Shown piece by piece: positions 25,701-40,700 of a DNA stretch of 64,000 nt. The notes beneath the pieces were generated by a model that saw nothing but the letters and a program-made list of their open reading frames with translations, ran no database searches and was not told the origin of the DNA. This DNA is from Camelus ferus (taxonomy: Eukaryota). The stretch covers positions 119,476,001 through 119,540,000 of the forward strand of contig NC_045697.1 in the NCBI RefSeq assembly GCF_009834535.1, given 5' to 3'. The position numbers and the translations under genes were made by a program. How positions within the stretch are numbered: position 1 is the first letter of the stretch; each line of letters starts with the position of its first letter.

Positions 25701-28700
25701 ACCGAGTTGGTGTTGTACCTCCCTATATAAATGTATGGAGGGGGGTTTTGGACCTGAAAAGAAACTTTGTGTTCCCAACAAGCTATTTGAAGGACGGCTT
25801 TCAAACACACTTAACTCTCAGAACTGAGCATGTGGAGAGACGTTCGTTCATCTAGCAACAAGAGAACGGGTTGCAGGAGATACTTTTACTCTGGTTTCTC
25901 ATTCTGTTTCCTAGTGCCAGTTTGAATTTCCTGCAATTTTCACTGTAAAACAGAGTTGGAGCTAGACCCTTCCCATATATATATATATGGAGTGGAGTAT
26001 GCAACTGAAAGAAACATTGTGTTCCCAACAAGCTAGGTGAAGGACGGCTTACATACACATTTATCTCTCAGAACTGAGCATGTGGAGAGACGTTCGTTCA
26101 TCTAGCAAAAAGGGAACGGGTTGCAGTAGAAACTTTAACTCTGGTTTCTCAGTATTTTTCCTAGTACTGGTTTGAAGTTTCTACAATTTTCAATGTAAAA
26201 CCTAGTTTGAGCTAGTACCTCCCCATATATAGGTATGGAGTGTAGTTTGCAACTTACAATATACTTTGTGTTCCCAACAAGCCAGGTGAAAAACGGCTTT
26301 CACACAAAATTATCTCTGAGAAATGAGCATGGGGTGAGACTTTCGTTCATCTTGCAAAAACGGAACGGTTTGCAGGAGAAACTCTTACTCTGATTTCTCA
26401 GTATTTTACCTAGATTCCATTTGAAGTTCCTGCAGTTTTCACTGTAAAATAGAGGTGGAGATTGTACCTCCCCATATATATGTATGGAGTGTAGTTTGCA
26501 ACTGAAAAGGAACTATGTGTTCCCAACAAGCTAGGTAAAATACGGCTTTCACACACATTTATCTCTCAGAACTGAGAATGTGGAAAGAATTTCGTTCATG
26601 TATCACAAAGGGAAATGGTGGCTGTATAAACTTTTGCTCTGTTTTCTCAGTCTGTTTCATTGTTCCAGTTTGAATTTCCTGCAGTTTTCACTTTAAACCC
26701 GATTGGGAGCTAGTACTTCTCCATATATATGTATGGAGTGGAATTTGCAAATGAAAAGATACTTTGTGTTCCCAACAAGCTAGGTGAAGGACGGATTTCC
26801 CTCACAATTATATTTCATAACAGTGCATGTGGAGAGAATTTCGTTCATCTCGCACAAAAGGATCGGGTTGCAGGAGAAACTTTTACTCTGGGTTCTCAGT
26901 CTGTTTACTTGTGCCGGTTTGAAATTCCCACATTTTTCACTTTAAAAAAGTTTTGGATCTCTTACCTCCGCATATATATGTATGGTGTGGTGTTTGCAAC
27001 TGAAAAGAAACTATGTGTTCCCAACAAGCTAGGTGAAGGACGGCTTTCACACACAATTATCTCTCAGAACTGAGCATGTGGAGAGACGTTCGTTCATCTA
27101 GCACAAAGGAAACAGGTTGCAGGAGTAACTTTTACTCTGGTATCTAAGTCTGTATCTTAGTGCTGGTTTGAAGTTCCTGCAGTTTTCACTGTAAAACAGA
27201 GTTGGAACTAGTACCTGCCCATATATATTTATGGAGTTGGGATAGCAACTGAAAAGAAACTTTGTGTTCTCAACAAGCTAGTTGAAAGACGGCTTTAACA
27301 AACACTTATCTCTCAGAACTGAACATGTGGTAAGACGTTCGTTCATCTAACACAAATGGAAATGGTTGCAGTAGAAACTTTTACTCTGGTTTCTCACTCT
27401 GTTTCCTAGTTCCAGTTTGATGTTCCTGCAGTTTTCACTGTAAAACCGAGTTGGAGCTTGTAACTCCCCGTATATATGAATGGAGTGGAGTTTGCAACTG
27501 AAAAAAACCTTTTTGTTCCCAACATTCTAGGAGAAGGACGTCTTTCACACACCCTTATCTCTCAGAACTGAGCATGTGGAGAGACGTTTGTTCATCTAGC
27601 ACAAAGGGAACAGGTTGCAGGAGAAATTTTTACTCTGGTTCCTCAGTCTGTTTCCTAGTGCCGGTTTGAATTTCCTGCAGTTTTCACTGTAAAACTGAGT
27701 TAGAGTAGTACTTCCCTATATATCTGTAAGGGTTGGAGTTTGCACCTGAAAGAAACTTTGTGTTCCCAACAAGCTATGTGAAGGACGGCTTTCACAAACA
27801 CTTAACTCTCAGAAATGAGCATGTGGAGAGACGTTCGTTCATCTAGCACCAAGGGAACGGGTTGCAGGAGAAAAGTTTACTCTAGTTTCACAGTCTGTTT
27901 CCAAGTGCCAGTTTGAATTTCCTACAGTTTTCATTGTAAAAGAGTTGGATCTACTACCTCCCCATATGTATGTATGGAGGGTAATTTGCAACTGAAAAGA
28001 AACTTTGTGTTTCCTACAAGCCAGGTGAAGGAGGACTTTCACACACACATATCTCTCAGAACTGAGAATGTGGAGAGAAGATTGTTCATTCAGCACAAAG
28101 TGAAATGTTTGCATAAAAACATTTGCTCTGGTTTCTCAGTCTGTTTCCTTGTTACAGTTTGAAGTTCCTGCTGTTTTCACTGTAAAATGGAGATGCAGTT
28201 GTAAGTCCCCATATAAATATAAGGAGTGTAGTTTGCAACTGAAAACAAACTTTGTGTTCCCAACATGCTAGGTGAAGAATGGCTTTCACACACACTTATC
28301 TCTCAGGAATGAGCATGGGGAGAGACGTTCGTTCATCTAGCACAAAGGGAACGGTATGCAGGAGAATCTTTTACTCTGGTTTCTCTGTCTGTTTCCTATT
28401 GCCTGTTTGAAATTCCAGCAGTTTTCACTGTAAAACGGAGTTGGAGCTAGTACCTCCCCATATATATTTATGGAGAGTTGTTTGCAACTGGAAACGATCT
28501 TTGTGTTCCCAAAAAGCAAAGTGAAGTAAGGCTTTCACACACACTTATATCTCATAAGAGTGCATGTAGAGATACTTTCGTTCATCTACCACATGGAACG
28601 GTTTGTAGGAGAAAGTTTTACTCTGGTTTCTCATTATGTTTCCTAGTGTCGGTTTGAAGTTCCTGCAGTTTTCACTGTAAAACGGTGTTGGAACTTGTAG

Positions 28701-31700
28701 CACAAATATATATGTATGGAGTGAAGTTGGTAAGTTAAAGAATCTTTGTTTTCCCAACAAACTATTTGAAGGATGGCTTTCATACACAGTTATCTCTCAG
28801 AACTTAGCATGTGGAGAGACTTTCGTTCATCCAGCACAAATGGAACGGTTTGCAGGAGAAATTATTACTCTGGTTTCTCAGTCATTTTCCTAGTGCCGGT
28901 TTGAAGTTCCTGCAGTTTTCACTGTAAAACGGATTTGCAGCTTTTACCACCCATATATAAGTTTTGAGTTTAGTTTGCACCTGAAAAGAAACATTGTGTT
29001 CCCAACAAGCTAGGTGAAGGACGGCTTTCATACACACATATATTTCTCAGAACTTAGCATGTGCTGACACGTTCGTTCATCTAGCAAAAAGGGAACCGTT
29101 TTAAGGAAAAACTTTTAGTCTGTTTTCTCAGTTTGTTTACAAATGGCAGTTTGAATTTCCTGAAGTTTTCACTTTAAACCGTGTTGGAAATTGTACATAC
29201 ACATATATATGTATGGAGTGTAGTTTGCATCTCTAAAGAAACTTTGTGTCATAACATGCTAGGTGAATGACTGCTTTCACACACACTTACCTCACAGAAA
29301 TGAACATGTGGAGAGACGTTCATTCATCTAGCACAACGGGAACTTGTTGAAGGAGAAAATTTTCACAGGTTTCTCAGTCTGTTTCCTAGCCCCTTTTATA
29401 ATTCCTGCAGTTTTCACTGTAAAACGGAGTTGGAGTTTTACCTCCTCAAATATATTTATGGATTGTATTATGAAACTGAAAAGAAACTTTGTGTTCCCAA
29501 AAATCTAGGTGAAGAACGGCTTTCACACACATTTATCTCTCAGAATTGAGCATGGGGAGAGACATACGTTCATCAAGCATAAATGGAAAGGGTTGCAGTA
29601 GAAACTTTTACTCTGGTTTCTCAGTATTTTTCATAGTACCGGTTTGAAGTTCCTACAGTTTTCAATGTAAAACCTAGTTGGAACTAGTACCTCCCCATAT
29701 ATATGTATGGAGTGTAGTTTGCAACTTAAAATATACTTTGTGTTCCCAACAAGCTAGGTGAAAGACGGCTTTCACACACACTTATCTCTCAGAAATGAGC
29801 ATGGGGTGAGACTTTCGTTCATCTTGCACAAACGGAACTGTTTGCAGGAGAAATTATTACTCTGGTTTCTCAGTATTTTTCCTAGATTCCATTTGAATTT
29901 CCTTCAGTTTTCACTGTAAAATCGAGGTGGAAATTGTACCTCCCCATATATATGTATGGAGTGTAGTTTGCAACTGAAAAGAAATTTTGTGTTCCCAACA
30001 AACAAGGTAAAGTACGGCTTTCAAACTCAGTTATCTCTCAGAACTGACAATGTGGAAAGAATTTCGTTCATGTATACAAAGGGAAATGGTTGCTGTATAA
30101 ACTTTGGCTCTGTTTTCTCAGTCTGTTTCATTGTTCCAGTTTGAATTTCCTGCAGTTTTCACTTTAAACCCGATTGGGAGCTAGTACTTCCCCATATATA
30201 TGTATGGAGTGGAGTTTGCAAATGAAAAGAAACTGTGTCCCCAACAATCTAGGTGAAGGACGGTTTTCACTCACAATTATATTTCATAACAGTGCATGTG
30301 GAGAGAAATTCGTTCATCTCGCACAAATGGATCGGGTTGCAGGAGAAACTTTTACTCTGGGTTCTCAGTCTGTTTCCTTGTGCCGGTTTGATATTCCCAC
30401 ATTTTTCACTGTAAAACCGAATTGGATCTCTTACCTCCCCATATATATGGATGGAATTTAGTTTGCAACTGAACAGAAACTTTCTGTTCCCAACAAGCTA
30501 TGTGAAGGACGGTTTCACACACTCTTATCTCTCAGAACTGAGCATGGGGAAAGACTTTCGTTCATCTAGCACAAAGGAAAATGTTTGCAGGAGAAAATTT
30601 ACTGTGGTTTCTCAGTCTGTTTCCTACATTTGTTTCCAATTTCCTGTATTTTTCACTGTAAAACCCTGTTGGAGATAGTACCTACCCATATAAATGTATG
30701 GATTTTAGTTTGCAATTGAAAAGTAACTTTGTTTTCCCAACAAGCTAGTTGAACTACGGCTTTCACACACACATATCTCTCAGACATGAGCATGGGGAGA
30801 GAAGTTCGTTTATCTAACAGAAATGGAACTGGTTGCAAGAGAAACTATTACTATGATTTCTCAGTCTGTTTCCAATTTCCGGTTGGATTTTCCTGCAGTT
30901 TTCACTGTAAAGCAGAGTTGAAGCTGGTTCCTCCCCATATATACGTATGGACAGAATTTTGCAACCGAAAAGGAACTTTTTGTTTCCAACAAGCTAGGTA
31001 AAGGACGGCTTTCACACACACTTATCTCTCAGAAATGAGCATGCGGAGAGACGTACGTTCATCTAGCACAAAAGGAACGGTATGCAGGGGAAACTTTAAC
31101 TTTGGTTTCTCAGTCTGTTTCCTGGTGCCAGTTTGAAGTTCCTGCAGTTTCACTGTAAAACCGAGTTGGAGCTAGTACCTCCCCATATATATGTATGGAT
31201 TGGAGATTGCACCTTAAAAGAAACTTTGTGTTCCCAACAAGTTAAATGAAGGACGGCTTTCACACCTCTTACCTCTCAGAACTGAGCATGAGGAGAGTCG
31301 TTCTTTCATCTAGCACAAAGGGAACGGTTTGCAGAAGAAACTTTTACACTGGTTTCTCAGTCTGTTTCCTAGTGCCGGTTAGAAGTTCCTGCAGTTTTCA
31401 CTGTAAAACGGAGTTGGAGCTTGTACCTCCCCGTATATATGAATGGAGCGGAGTTTGCAAATGAAAAGAACCTTTTTGTTCCCAACATTCTAGGTGAAGG
31501 ACGTCTTTCAAACACCATTATCTCTCTGAAATGAGGTTGTGGAGAGACCTTTGTTCATCTAGAACAAAGGGAACAGGTTTCAGGAGAAACTTTTACTCTG
31601 GTTTCTCAGTCTGTTTCCTAGTGCCAGTTAGAAGTTCCTGCAGTTTTCACTGTAAAACCGAGGTGGAGTAGTACCTCCCTATATATATGTATGGAGTGGA

Positions 31701-34700
31701 GTTTGCACATGAAAGAAACTTTGTGTTCCCAACAAGCTATGTGAAGGACGGCTTTCACACACACTTAACTCTCAGAAATGAGGATTTGGAGAGACTTTCG
31801 TTCATCTAGCACAAAGGGAACGGGTTGCAGGAGCAACTTTTACTCTGGTTTCTCAGTCTGTTTCCTAGTGCCGGTTTGAAGCTACTACAGTTTTCACTGT
31901 AAAACCGAGTTGGAGCTAGTGCCTCCCCATATATATGTATGGAGTGGAGTTTGCAACTGAAAAGAAACTTTGTGTTCCCAACAAGATAGGTGAAGGACGG
32001 CTTTCACACACAATTATCTCTCAGACCTGAGCATGTGGAGAGACGTTCGTTCATCTAGCACAAAGGGAAAATTTTACAGGAGAAACTTTTACTCTGGTTT
32101 CTAAGTCTGTTTCCTAGTGCCGGATTGAAGTTCCTGTATTTTTCACTGTAAAACTGTGTTGGATCTAGTACCTCCCCTTATATATGTATGGTATGGCTTT
32201 GCAACTGAAAAGAATCTTTGTCTTCCTAACAAGCTTGTGAATGACGGATTTCACACTCACTTATCTCTCAGAACTGAGCATGTGGAGAGACGTTCCTTCA
32301 TCTAGCACAATGGAAAGTGTTTCAGGAGAAATTTTTACTCTGGTTTCTCAGTCTGTTTCCTAGTGCCGGTTTGAAGTACCTGCAGTTTTCACTGTAAAAC
32401 AAAGTTGGAGCTAGTACCTCCCCGTATATATTTATGGAGTGGAGATAGCAACTGAAAAGAAACTTTGTATTCTCAACAAGCTAGTTGAAGGATGGCTTTC
32501 ACACACACTTATCTCTCAGAACTGAGCATGTGGAGAGACGTTCGTTCATCTAGCACAAAGTGAACGGTATGCAGGAAAATCTTTTACTCTGGTTTCTCTG
32601 TCTGTTTCCTATTGCCTGTTTGAAATTCCAGCAGTTTTCACTGTAAAACGGAGTTGGAGCTAGTACCTCCCCATATATATTTATGGAGAGTTGTTTGCAA
32701 CTGGAAACGATCTTTGTGTTCCCAAAAAGCAAAGTGAAGTAAGGCTTTCACACACACTTATATCTCATAAGAGTGCATGTAGAGATACTTTCGTTCATCT
32801 ACCACATGGAACGGTTTGTAGGAGAAAGTTTTACTCTGGTTTCTCATTATGTTTCCTAGTGCCGGTTTGAAGTTCCTGCAGTTTTCACTGTAAAACGGTG
32901 TTGGAACTTGTAGCACAAATATATATGTATGGAGTGAAGTTGGTAAGTTAAAGAATCTTTGTTTTCCCAACAAACTATTTGAAGGATGGCTTTCATACAC
33001 AGTTATCTCTCAGAACTTAGCATGTGGAGAGACTTTCGTTCATCCAGCACAAATGGAACGGTTTGCAGGAGAAATTATTACTCTGGTTTCTCAGTCATTT
33101 TCCTAGTGCCGGTTTGAAGTTCCTGCAGTTTTCACTGTAAAACGGATTTGCAGCTTTTACCACCCGTATATAAGTTTTGAGTTTAGTTTGCACCTGAAAA
33201 GAAACATTGTGTTCCCAACAAGCTAGGTGAAGGACGGCTTTCATACACACATATATTTCTCAGAACTTAGCATGTGCTGACACGTTCGTTCATCTAGCAA
33301 AAAGGGAACCGTTTTAAGGAAAAACTTTTAGTCTGTTTTCTCAGTTTGTTTACAAATGGCAGTTTGAATTTCCTGAAGTTTTCACTTTAAACCGTGTTGG
33401 AAATTGTACATACACATATATATGTATGGAGTGTAGTTTGCATCTCTAAAGAAACTTTGTGTCATAACATGCTAGGTGAATGACTGCTTTCACACACACT
33501 TACCTCACAGAAATGAACATGTGGAGAGACGTTCATTCATCTAGCACAACGGGAACTTGTTGAAGGAGAAAATTTTCACAGGTTTCTCAGTCTGTTTCCT
33601 AGCCCCTTTTATAATTCCTGCAGTTTTCACTGTAAAACGGAGTTGGAATTTTACCTCCTCAAATACATGTATGGAGTGTATTATGCAACTGAAAAGAAAC
33701 TTTGTGTTCCCAAAAATCTATGTGAAGAACGGCTATCACACACATTTATCTCTCAGAATTGAGCATGGGGAGAGACATACGTTCATCAAGCATAAATGGA
33801 AAGGGTTGCAGTAGAAACTTTTACTCTGGTTTCTCAGTATTTTTCATAGTACCGGTTTGAAGTTCCTACAGTTTTCAATGTAAAACATAGTTGGGGCTAG
33901 TACCTCCCCATATATATGTATGGAGTGTAGTTTCCAACTTAAAATATACTTTGTGTTCCCAACAAGCTAGGTGAAAGATGGCTTTCACACACACTTATCT
34001 CTCAGAAATGAGCATGGGGTGAGACTTTCGTTCATGTTGCACAAATGGAACTGTTTGCTGGAGAAATTATTACTCTGGTTTCTCAGTATTTTTCCTAGAT
34101 TCCATTTGCACTTCCTGCAGTTTTCACTGTAAAATCGAGGTGGAGATTTTACCTCCCCATATATACGTATGGAGTCTAGTTTGCAACTGAAAAGAAACTT
34201 TGTGTTCCCAACAAGCTAGGTAAAGTACGGCATTCACACTCAGTTATCTCTCAGAACTGAGAATGTGGAAAGAAATTCGTTCATGTATACAAAGGGAAAT
34301 GGTTGCTATATAAACTTTTGCTCTGTTTTCTCAGTCTGTTTCATTGTTCAAGTTTGAATTTCCTGCAGTTTTCACTTTAAACCCGATTGGGAGCTAGTAC
34401 TTCCCCATATATATGTATGGAGTGGAGATTGCAAATGAAAAGAAACTGTGTTCCCAACAAGCTAGGTGAAGGACGGATTTCACTCACAATTATATATCAT
34501 AACAGTGCATGTGGAGAGAATTTCGTTCATCTCGCACAAATGGATCGGGTTGCAGGAGAAACTTTTACTCTGGGTTCTCAGTCTGTTTCCTTGTGCCGGT
34601 GTGATATTCCCCCATTTTTACTGTAAAACCGAATTGGATCTCTTACCTCCCCATATATATGGATGGAATTTAGTTTGCAACTGAAAAGGAACTTTCTGTT

Positions 34701-37700
34701 CCCAACAAGCTATGTGAAGGACGGTTTCACACACTCTTATCTCTCAGAACTGAGCATGGGGAAAGACTTTCGTTCATCTAGCACAAAGGAAAATGTTTGC
34801 AGGAGAAAATTTACTGTGGTTTCTCAGTCTGTTTCCTAGAGTTGTTTTAAATTTCCTGCATTTTTCACTGTAAAACCCTGTTGGAGATAGTACCTACCCA
34901 TATAAATGTATGGATTTTAGTTTGCAATTTAAAAGTAACTTTGTTTTCCCAACAAGCTAGTTGAACTACGGCTTTCACACACACATATCTCTCAGACATG
35001 AGTATGGGGAGAGAAGTTCGTTTATCTAACAGAAATGGAACTGGTTGCAAGAGAAATTATTACTATGATTTCTCAGTCTGTTTCCTAGTTGGGGTTGGAT
35101 TTTCCTGCAGCTTTCACTGTAAAGCAGAGTTGGAGCTGGTTCCTCCCCATATATACGTATGGACAGAATTTTGCAACCGAAAAGAAACTTTTTGTTCCCA
35201 ACAAGCTAGGTAAAGGACGGCTTTAACACACACTTATCTCTGAGAAATGAGCATGGGGAGAGACGTTCGTTCATCTAGCACAAAAGAATGGTATGCAGGG
35301 GAAACTTTTACTCTGGATTCTCAGGTATATCCCTGATGCCGGTTTGAATTTCATGCAGGTTTTTCAGTAGAAACGAGTTGAATGTAGTACCTCCCCTAAT
35401 ATATGAATGGAGTGTAGTTTGCAACAAAAAAGTATCTTTGTGTTTCAAACAAGCTATGTGAAGGCGGCTTTCACACACACTTTTCACACAGAACTGAGCA
35501 TGGGGAGAGACATCCGTTCATCTAGTACAAAGGGAAACGGTAGCAGGAGAAACTTTAACTCAGGTTTCTCAGTCTGTTTCCTAGTGCCAGTTTGAAGTTC
35601 CTGCAGTTTCACTGTAAAACCGAGTTGGAGCTAGTACCTCCCCATATATATGTATGGATTGGAGTTTGCACCTGAAAAGAATCTTTGTGTTCCCAACAAG
35701 TTAAGTGAAGGACGGCTTTCACACCACTTACCTCTCAGAACTGAGCATGAGGAGAGACGTTCTTTCATCTAGCACAAAGGGAAAGGTTTGCAGAAGAAAC
35801 TTTTACACTGGTTTCTCAGTCTGTTTCCTAGTGCTGGTTTGATGTTACTGCAGTTTTCACTGTAAATCCGAGTTGGAGCTTGTACCTCCCCATATATATG
35901 AATGGAGTGGAGTTTGCAAATGAAAAGAACCTTTTTGTTCCCAACATTCTAGGTGAAGTACGTCTTTCACACACCATTATCTCTCTGAACTGAGCATGTG
36001 GAGAGACTTTTGTTCATCTAGCTCAAACGGAACAGGTTGCAGGAGAAACTTTTACTCTGGATTCTCAGTCTGTTTCCTAGTGCCAGTTTGAAATTCCTGC
36101 AGTTTTCACTGTAAAACCGAGTTGGAGTATTACCTCCCTATATATATGTATGGAGTGGAGTTTGCACATGAAAGAAACTTTGTGTTCCCAACAAGCTATG
36201 TGAAGGACGGCTTTCACACACACTTAACTCTCAGAAATGAGCATGTGGAGAGACGTTCGTTCATCTAGCACCAAGTGAACGGGTTGCAGGGAAACGTTTA
36301 CTCTAGTTTCACTGTCTGTTTCCAAGTGCCAGTTTGAAGTTCCTACAGTTTTCATTGTAAAACCGAGTTGGATCTATTACCTCCCTATATATATGTATGG
36401 AGAGGATTTTGCACCCAAAAGGAACATTGTGTTCCCAGCAAGCTAGGTGAAGTACGGCTTTCACACACAGTTATCTCTCAGAACTGAGCATTTGGAGAGA
36501 CTTTCGTTCATCTAGCACAAAGGGAACGGGTTGCAGGAGAAACTTTTACTCTGGTTTCTCAGTCATTTTCCTAGTGCCGGTTTGAAGTTCCTGCAGTTTT
36601 CACTGTAAAACGGAGTTGCAGCTAGTACCAACCATATATAAGTATTGAGTTTAGTTTGCAACAGTAAAGAAACTATGTGTTCCCAACAAGCTAGGTGAAG
36701 GACGGCTTTCATACACACATATATTTCTCAGACCTTAGCATGTGCTGACACGTTCGTTCATCTAGCAAAAAGGGAACCGTTTGAAGGAAAAACTTTTACT
36801 GTGTTTTCTCAGTTTGTTTACAAATGGCAGTTTGAATTTCCTGAAGTTTTCACTTTAAACCGTGTTGGAAATTGTATATACACATATATATGTATGGAGT
36901 GTAGTTTGCAACTCTAAAGATACTTTGTGTCAGAACATGCTAGGTGAATGACTGCTTTCACACACACTTACCACACAGAAATGAACATGTGGAGAGACGT
37001 TCATTCATCTAGCACAACGGGAACTCGTTGCAGGAGAAAATTTTCACAGGTTTCTCAGTCTTTTTCCTAGCGCCTTTTGTAATTCCTGCAGTTTTCACTG
37101 TAAAACGGAGTTGGAGTGTTACCTCCACAAATATATGTATGGAGTGTAGTATGCAACTGAAAAGAAACTATGTGTTCACAAAAATCTAGGTGAAGAACGG
37201 CTTTCACACACACATATCTCTCAGAATTGAGCATGGGGAGAGACTTTCATTCATCTTGCACAAATGGAACGGTTTGCAGGAGAAACTATTACTCTGGTTT
37301 CTCAGTATTTTACCTGGATTCCATTTGAAGTTCCTGCAGTTTTCACTGTAAATCTAGGTGGAAATTGTACCTCCCCATATATATGTATGGAGTGTAGTTT
37401 GCAACTGAAAAGAAACTTTGTGTTCCCAACAAGCTAGGTAAAGTATGGCTTTCACACACAGTTATCTCTCAGAAATGAGATTTTGGAAAGAATTTCGTTC
37501 ATGTATCACAAAGGGAAATGTTTGCTGTATAAACTTTTGCTCTGTTTTCTCAGTCTGTTTCATTGTTCCAGTTTGAATTTCCTGCAGTTTTCACTTTAAA
37601 CCCGATTGGGAGCTAGTACTTCCCCATATATATGAAAGGAGTGGAGTTGGCCAATGAAAAGAAACTTTGTGTTCCCAACAAGCTAGGTGAAGGACGGATT

Positions 37701-40700
37701 TCACTCACAATTATATTTCATAACAGTGCATGTGGAGAGAATTTCGTTCATCTCGCACAAATGGATCAGGTTGCAGGAGAAATTTTTACTCTGGGTTCTC
37801 AGTCTGTTTACATGTGCCGGTTTGGAATTCCCTCATTTTTCACGGTAAAACTGAATTGGATCTCTTACCTCCCCAGATATATGTATGGAATTAATTTGCA
37901 ACTGAACAGAAACTTTCTGTTCCCAACAAGCTATGTGAAGGACGGTTTCACACTCTCTTATCTCTCAGAACTGAGCATGGGGAAAGACTTTCGTTCATCT
38001 AGCACAAAGGAAAATGTTTGCAGGGGAAAATTTACTGTGGTTTCTCAGTCTGTTTCCTAGAGTTGTTTTTAAATTTCCTGCATTTTTCACTGTAAAATCC
38101 TGTTGGAGATAGTACCTACCCATATAAATGTATGGATTTTAGTTTGCAATTGAAAAGTATCTTTGTTTTCCCAACAAGCTAGTTGAACTACGGCTTTCAC
38201 ACACATATATCTCTCAGACATGAGCATGGGGAGAGAAGTTCGTTTATCTAACAGAAATGGAACTGGTTGCAAGAGAAACTATTACTATGATTTCTCAGTC
38301 TGTTTCCTAGTTGGGGATGGATTTTCCTGCAGTTTTCACTGTAAAACAGATTTGGAGCTGGTTCCTCCCCATATATATGTATGGACAGAATTTTGTAACC
38401 GAAAAGAAACTTTTTGTTCCCAACAAGCTAGGTAAAGGACGTCTTTCACACACACTTATCTCTCAGAAATGAGCATGGTGAGAGACGTTCATTCATCTAG
38501 CACAAAAGGAACGGTATGCAGGGAAAACTTTTACTCTGGATTTTAAGTTTATTTCCTTATGCCGGTTTGAATTTCCTGCAGTTTTTTCAGTAAAAACGAG
38601 TTGGATGTAGTACCTCCCCTAATATATGAATGGAGTGTAGTTTGCAACTAAAAAGAATCTTTGTGTTTCCAACAAGCTATGTGAAGGCTGCTTTCACACA
38701 CAATTTTCGCACAGAACTGAGCATGGGGAGAGACATTCGTTCATCTTGTACAAAGGGAACCGGTAGCAGGAGAAACTTTCACTCTGGTTTCTCATTCTGT
38801 TTCCAAGTGCCAGTTTGAAGTTCCTGCAGTTTCACCGTAAAACAGAGTTGGAGCTAGGACCTCCCCATATATATGTATGGATTGGAGTTTGCACATGGAA
38901 AGAAACTTTGTGTTCCCAACAAGTTAAGTGAAGGACGGCTTTCACACCACTTACCTCTCAGAACTGAGCATGAGGAGAGACGTTCTTTCATCTAGCACAA
39001 AGGGAACGGTTTGCAGAAGTAATTTTTACACTGGTTTATCAGTCTGTATCCTAGTGCCGGGTTGAAGTTCCTGCAGTTTTCACTGTAAACCCGAGGTGGG
39101 GTTTGTACCTCCCCGTATATATGAATGGAGTGGAGTTTGCAACTGAAAAGAACGTATTTGTTCCCAATATTCTAGGTAAAGGACGTCTTTCAAACACCAT
39201 TATCTCTCTGAACTGAGCACGTGGAGAGACGTTTGTTCATCTAGCACAAAGGGAACAGGTGGCAGGAGAAACTTTTACTCTGGTTTCTCAGTCTGTTTCC
39301 TAGTGCCGGTTTGAAGTTCCTGCAGTTTTCACTGTAAAACTGAGTTGGAGTATTACCTCCCTATATATATGTATGGAGTGGAGTTTGCACATGAAAGAAA
39401 CTTAGTTTTCCCAACAATCTATGTGAAGGACGGCTTTCACACACACTTAACTCTCAGAAATGAGCATGTGGAGAGACGTACGTTCATCTAGCACCAAGGG
39501 AACGGGGTGCAGGATAAACAATTACTCTAGTTTCACAGTCTTTTTCCAAGTGGAAGTTTGAAGTTCCTACAGTTTTCATTGTAAAAACGAGTTGGATCTA
39601 GTACCCTCCCTATATATATGTATGGAGTGGATTTTGCACCCGAAAGGAAACTTTGTGTTCCCAGCAAGCTAGGTGAAGTACGGCTTTCACACACACTTAT
39701 CTCTCAGAACTGAGCATTTGGAGAGAATTTCGTTCAACTAACACAAAGCAAACGGGTTCCAGAAGAAACTATTACTCTGGTTTCTCAGACTGTTTCCTAT
39801 TGCCAGTTTGAAGCTCCTGCAGTTTTCACTGTAAAACCGAGTTGGAGCTAGTGCCTCCCCATATATATGTATGGAGTGGAGTTTGCAACTGAAAAGAAAC
39901 TTTGAGTACCCAACAAGATATGTGAAGGACGGCTTTCACACACAAAATTATCTCTCATATATGAGCATGTGGAGAGACGTTCGTTCATCTAGCACAAAGG
40001 TAAATGTTGCAGGAGAAACTTTTACTCTGGTTTCTAAGTCTGTTTCCTAGTGCTGGATTGAAGTTCCTGTATTTTTCACTGTAAAACTGTGTTGGATCTA
40101 GTACCTCCCGTTATATATGTATGGTGTGGGTTTGCAACTGAAAAGAATCTTTTTCTTCCTAACAAGCTTGTGAATGACGGCTTTCACACTCACTTATCTC
40201 TCAGAACTGAGCATGTGGAGAGTCGTTCATTCATCTAGCACAATGGAACGTGTTGAAGGAGAAATTTTTACTCTGGTATCTCAGTCTGTTTCCTACTGCT
40301 GGTTTGAAGTTCCTGCAGTTTACACTGTAAAAGTGAGTTGGAGCCAGTACCTAACCATATATATGTATGGAGTCTAGTTTGCATCTGGAAAGAAACTTTG
40401 TGTTCCCAAAAAGCTAGGTGAAGGACGGCTTTCACTAAAACTTATCTCTCAGAACTGAGCATGTGGAGAGACGTTCGTTCATCTAGCACAAATGGAACGG
40501 GTTGCAGGAGAAACTTTTACACTGGCTTCTCAGTCTGTTTCCTAGTGCCGGTGTGCACATCCTGCAATTTTCACTGTAAAACCGAGTTGGTGTTGTACCT
40601 CCCTATATAAATGTATGGAGGGGGTTTGGACCTGAAAAGAAACTTTGTGTTCCCAACAAGCTATTTGAAGGACGGCTTTCAAACACACTTAACTCTCAGA

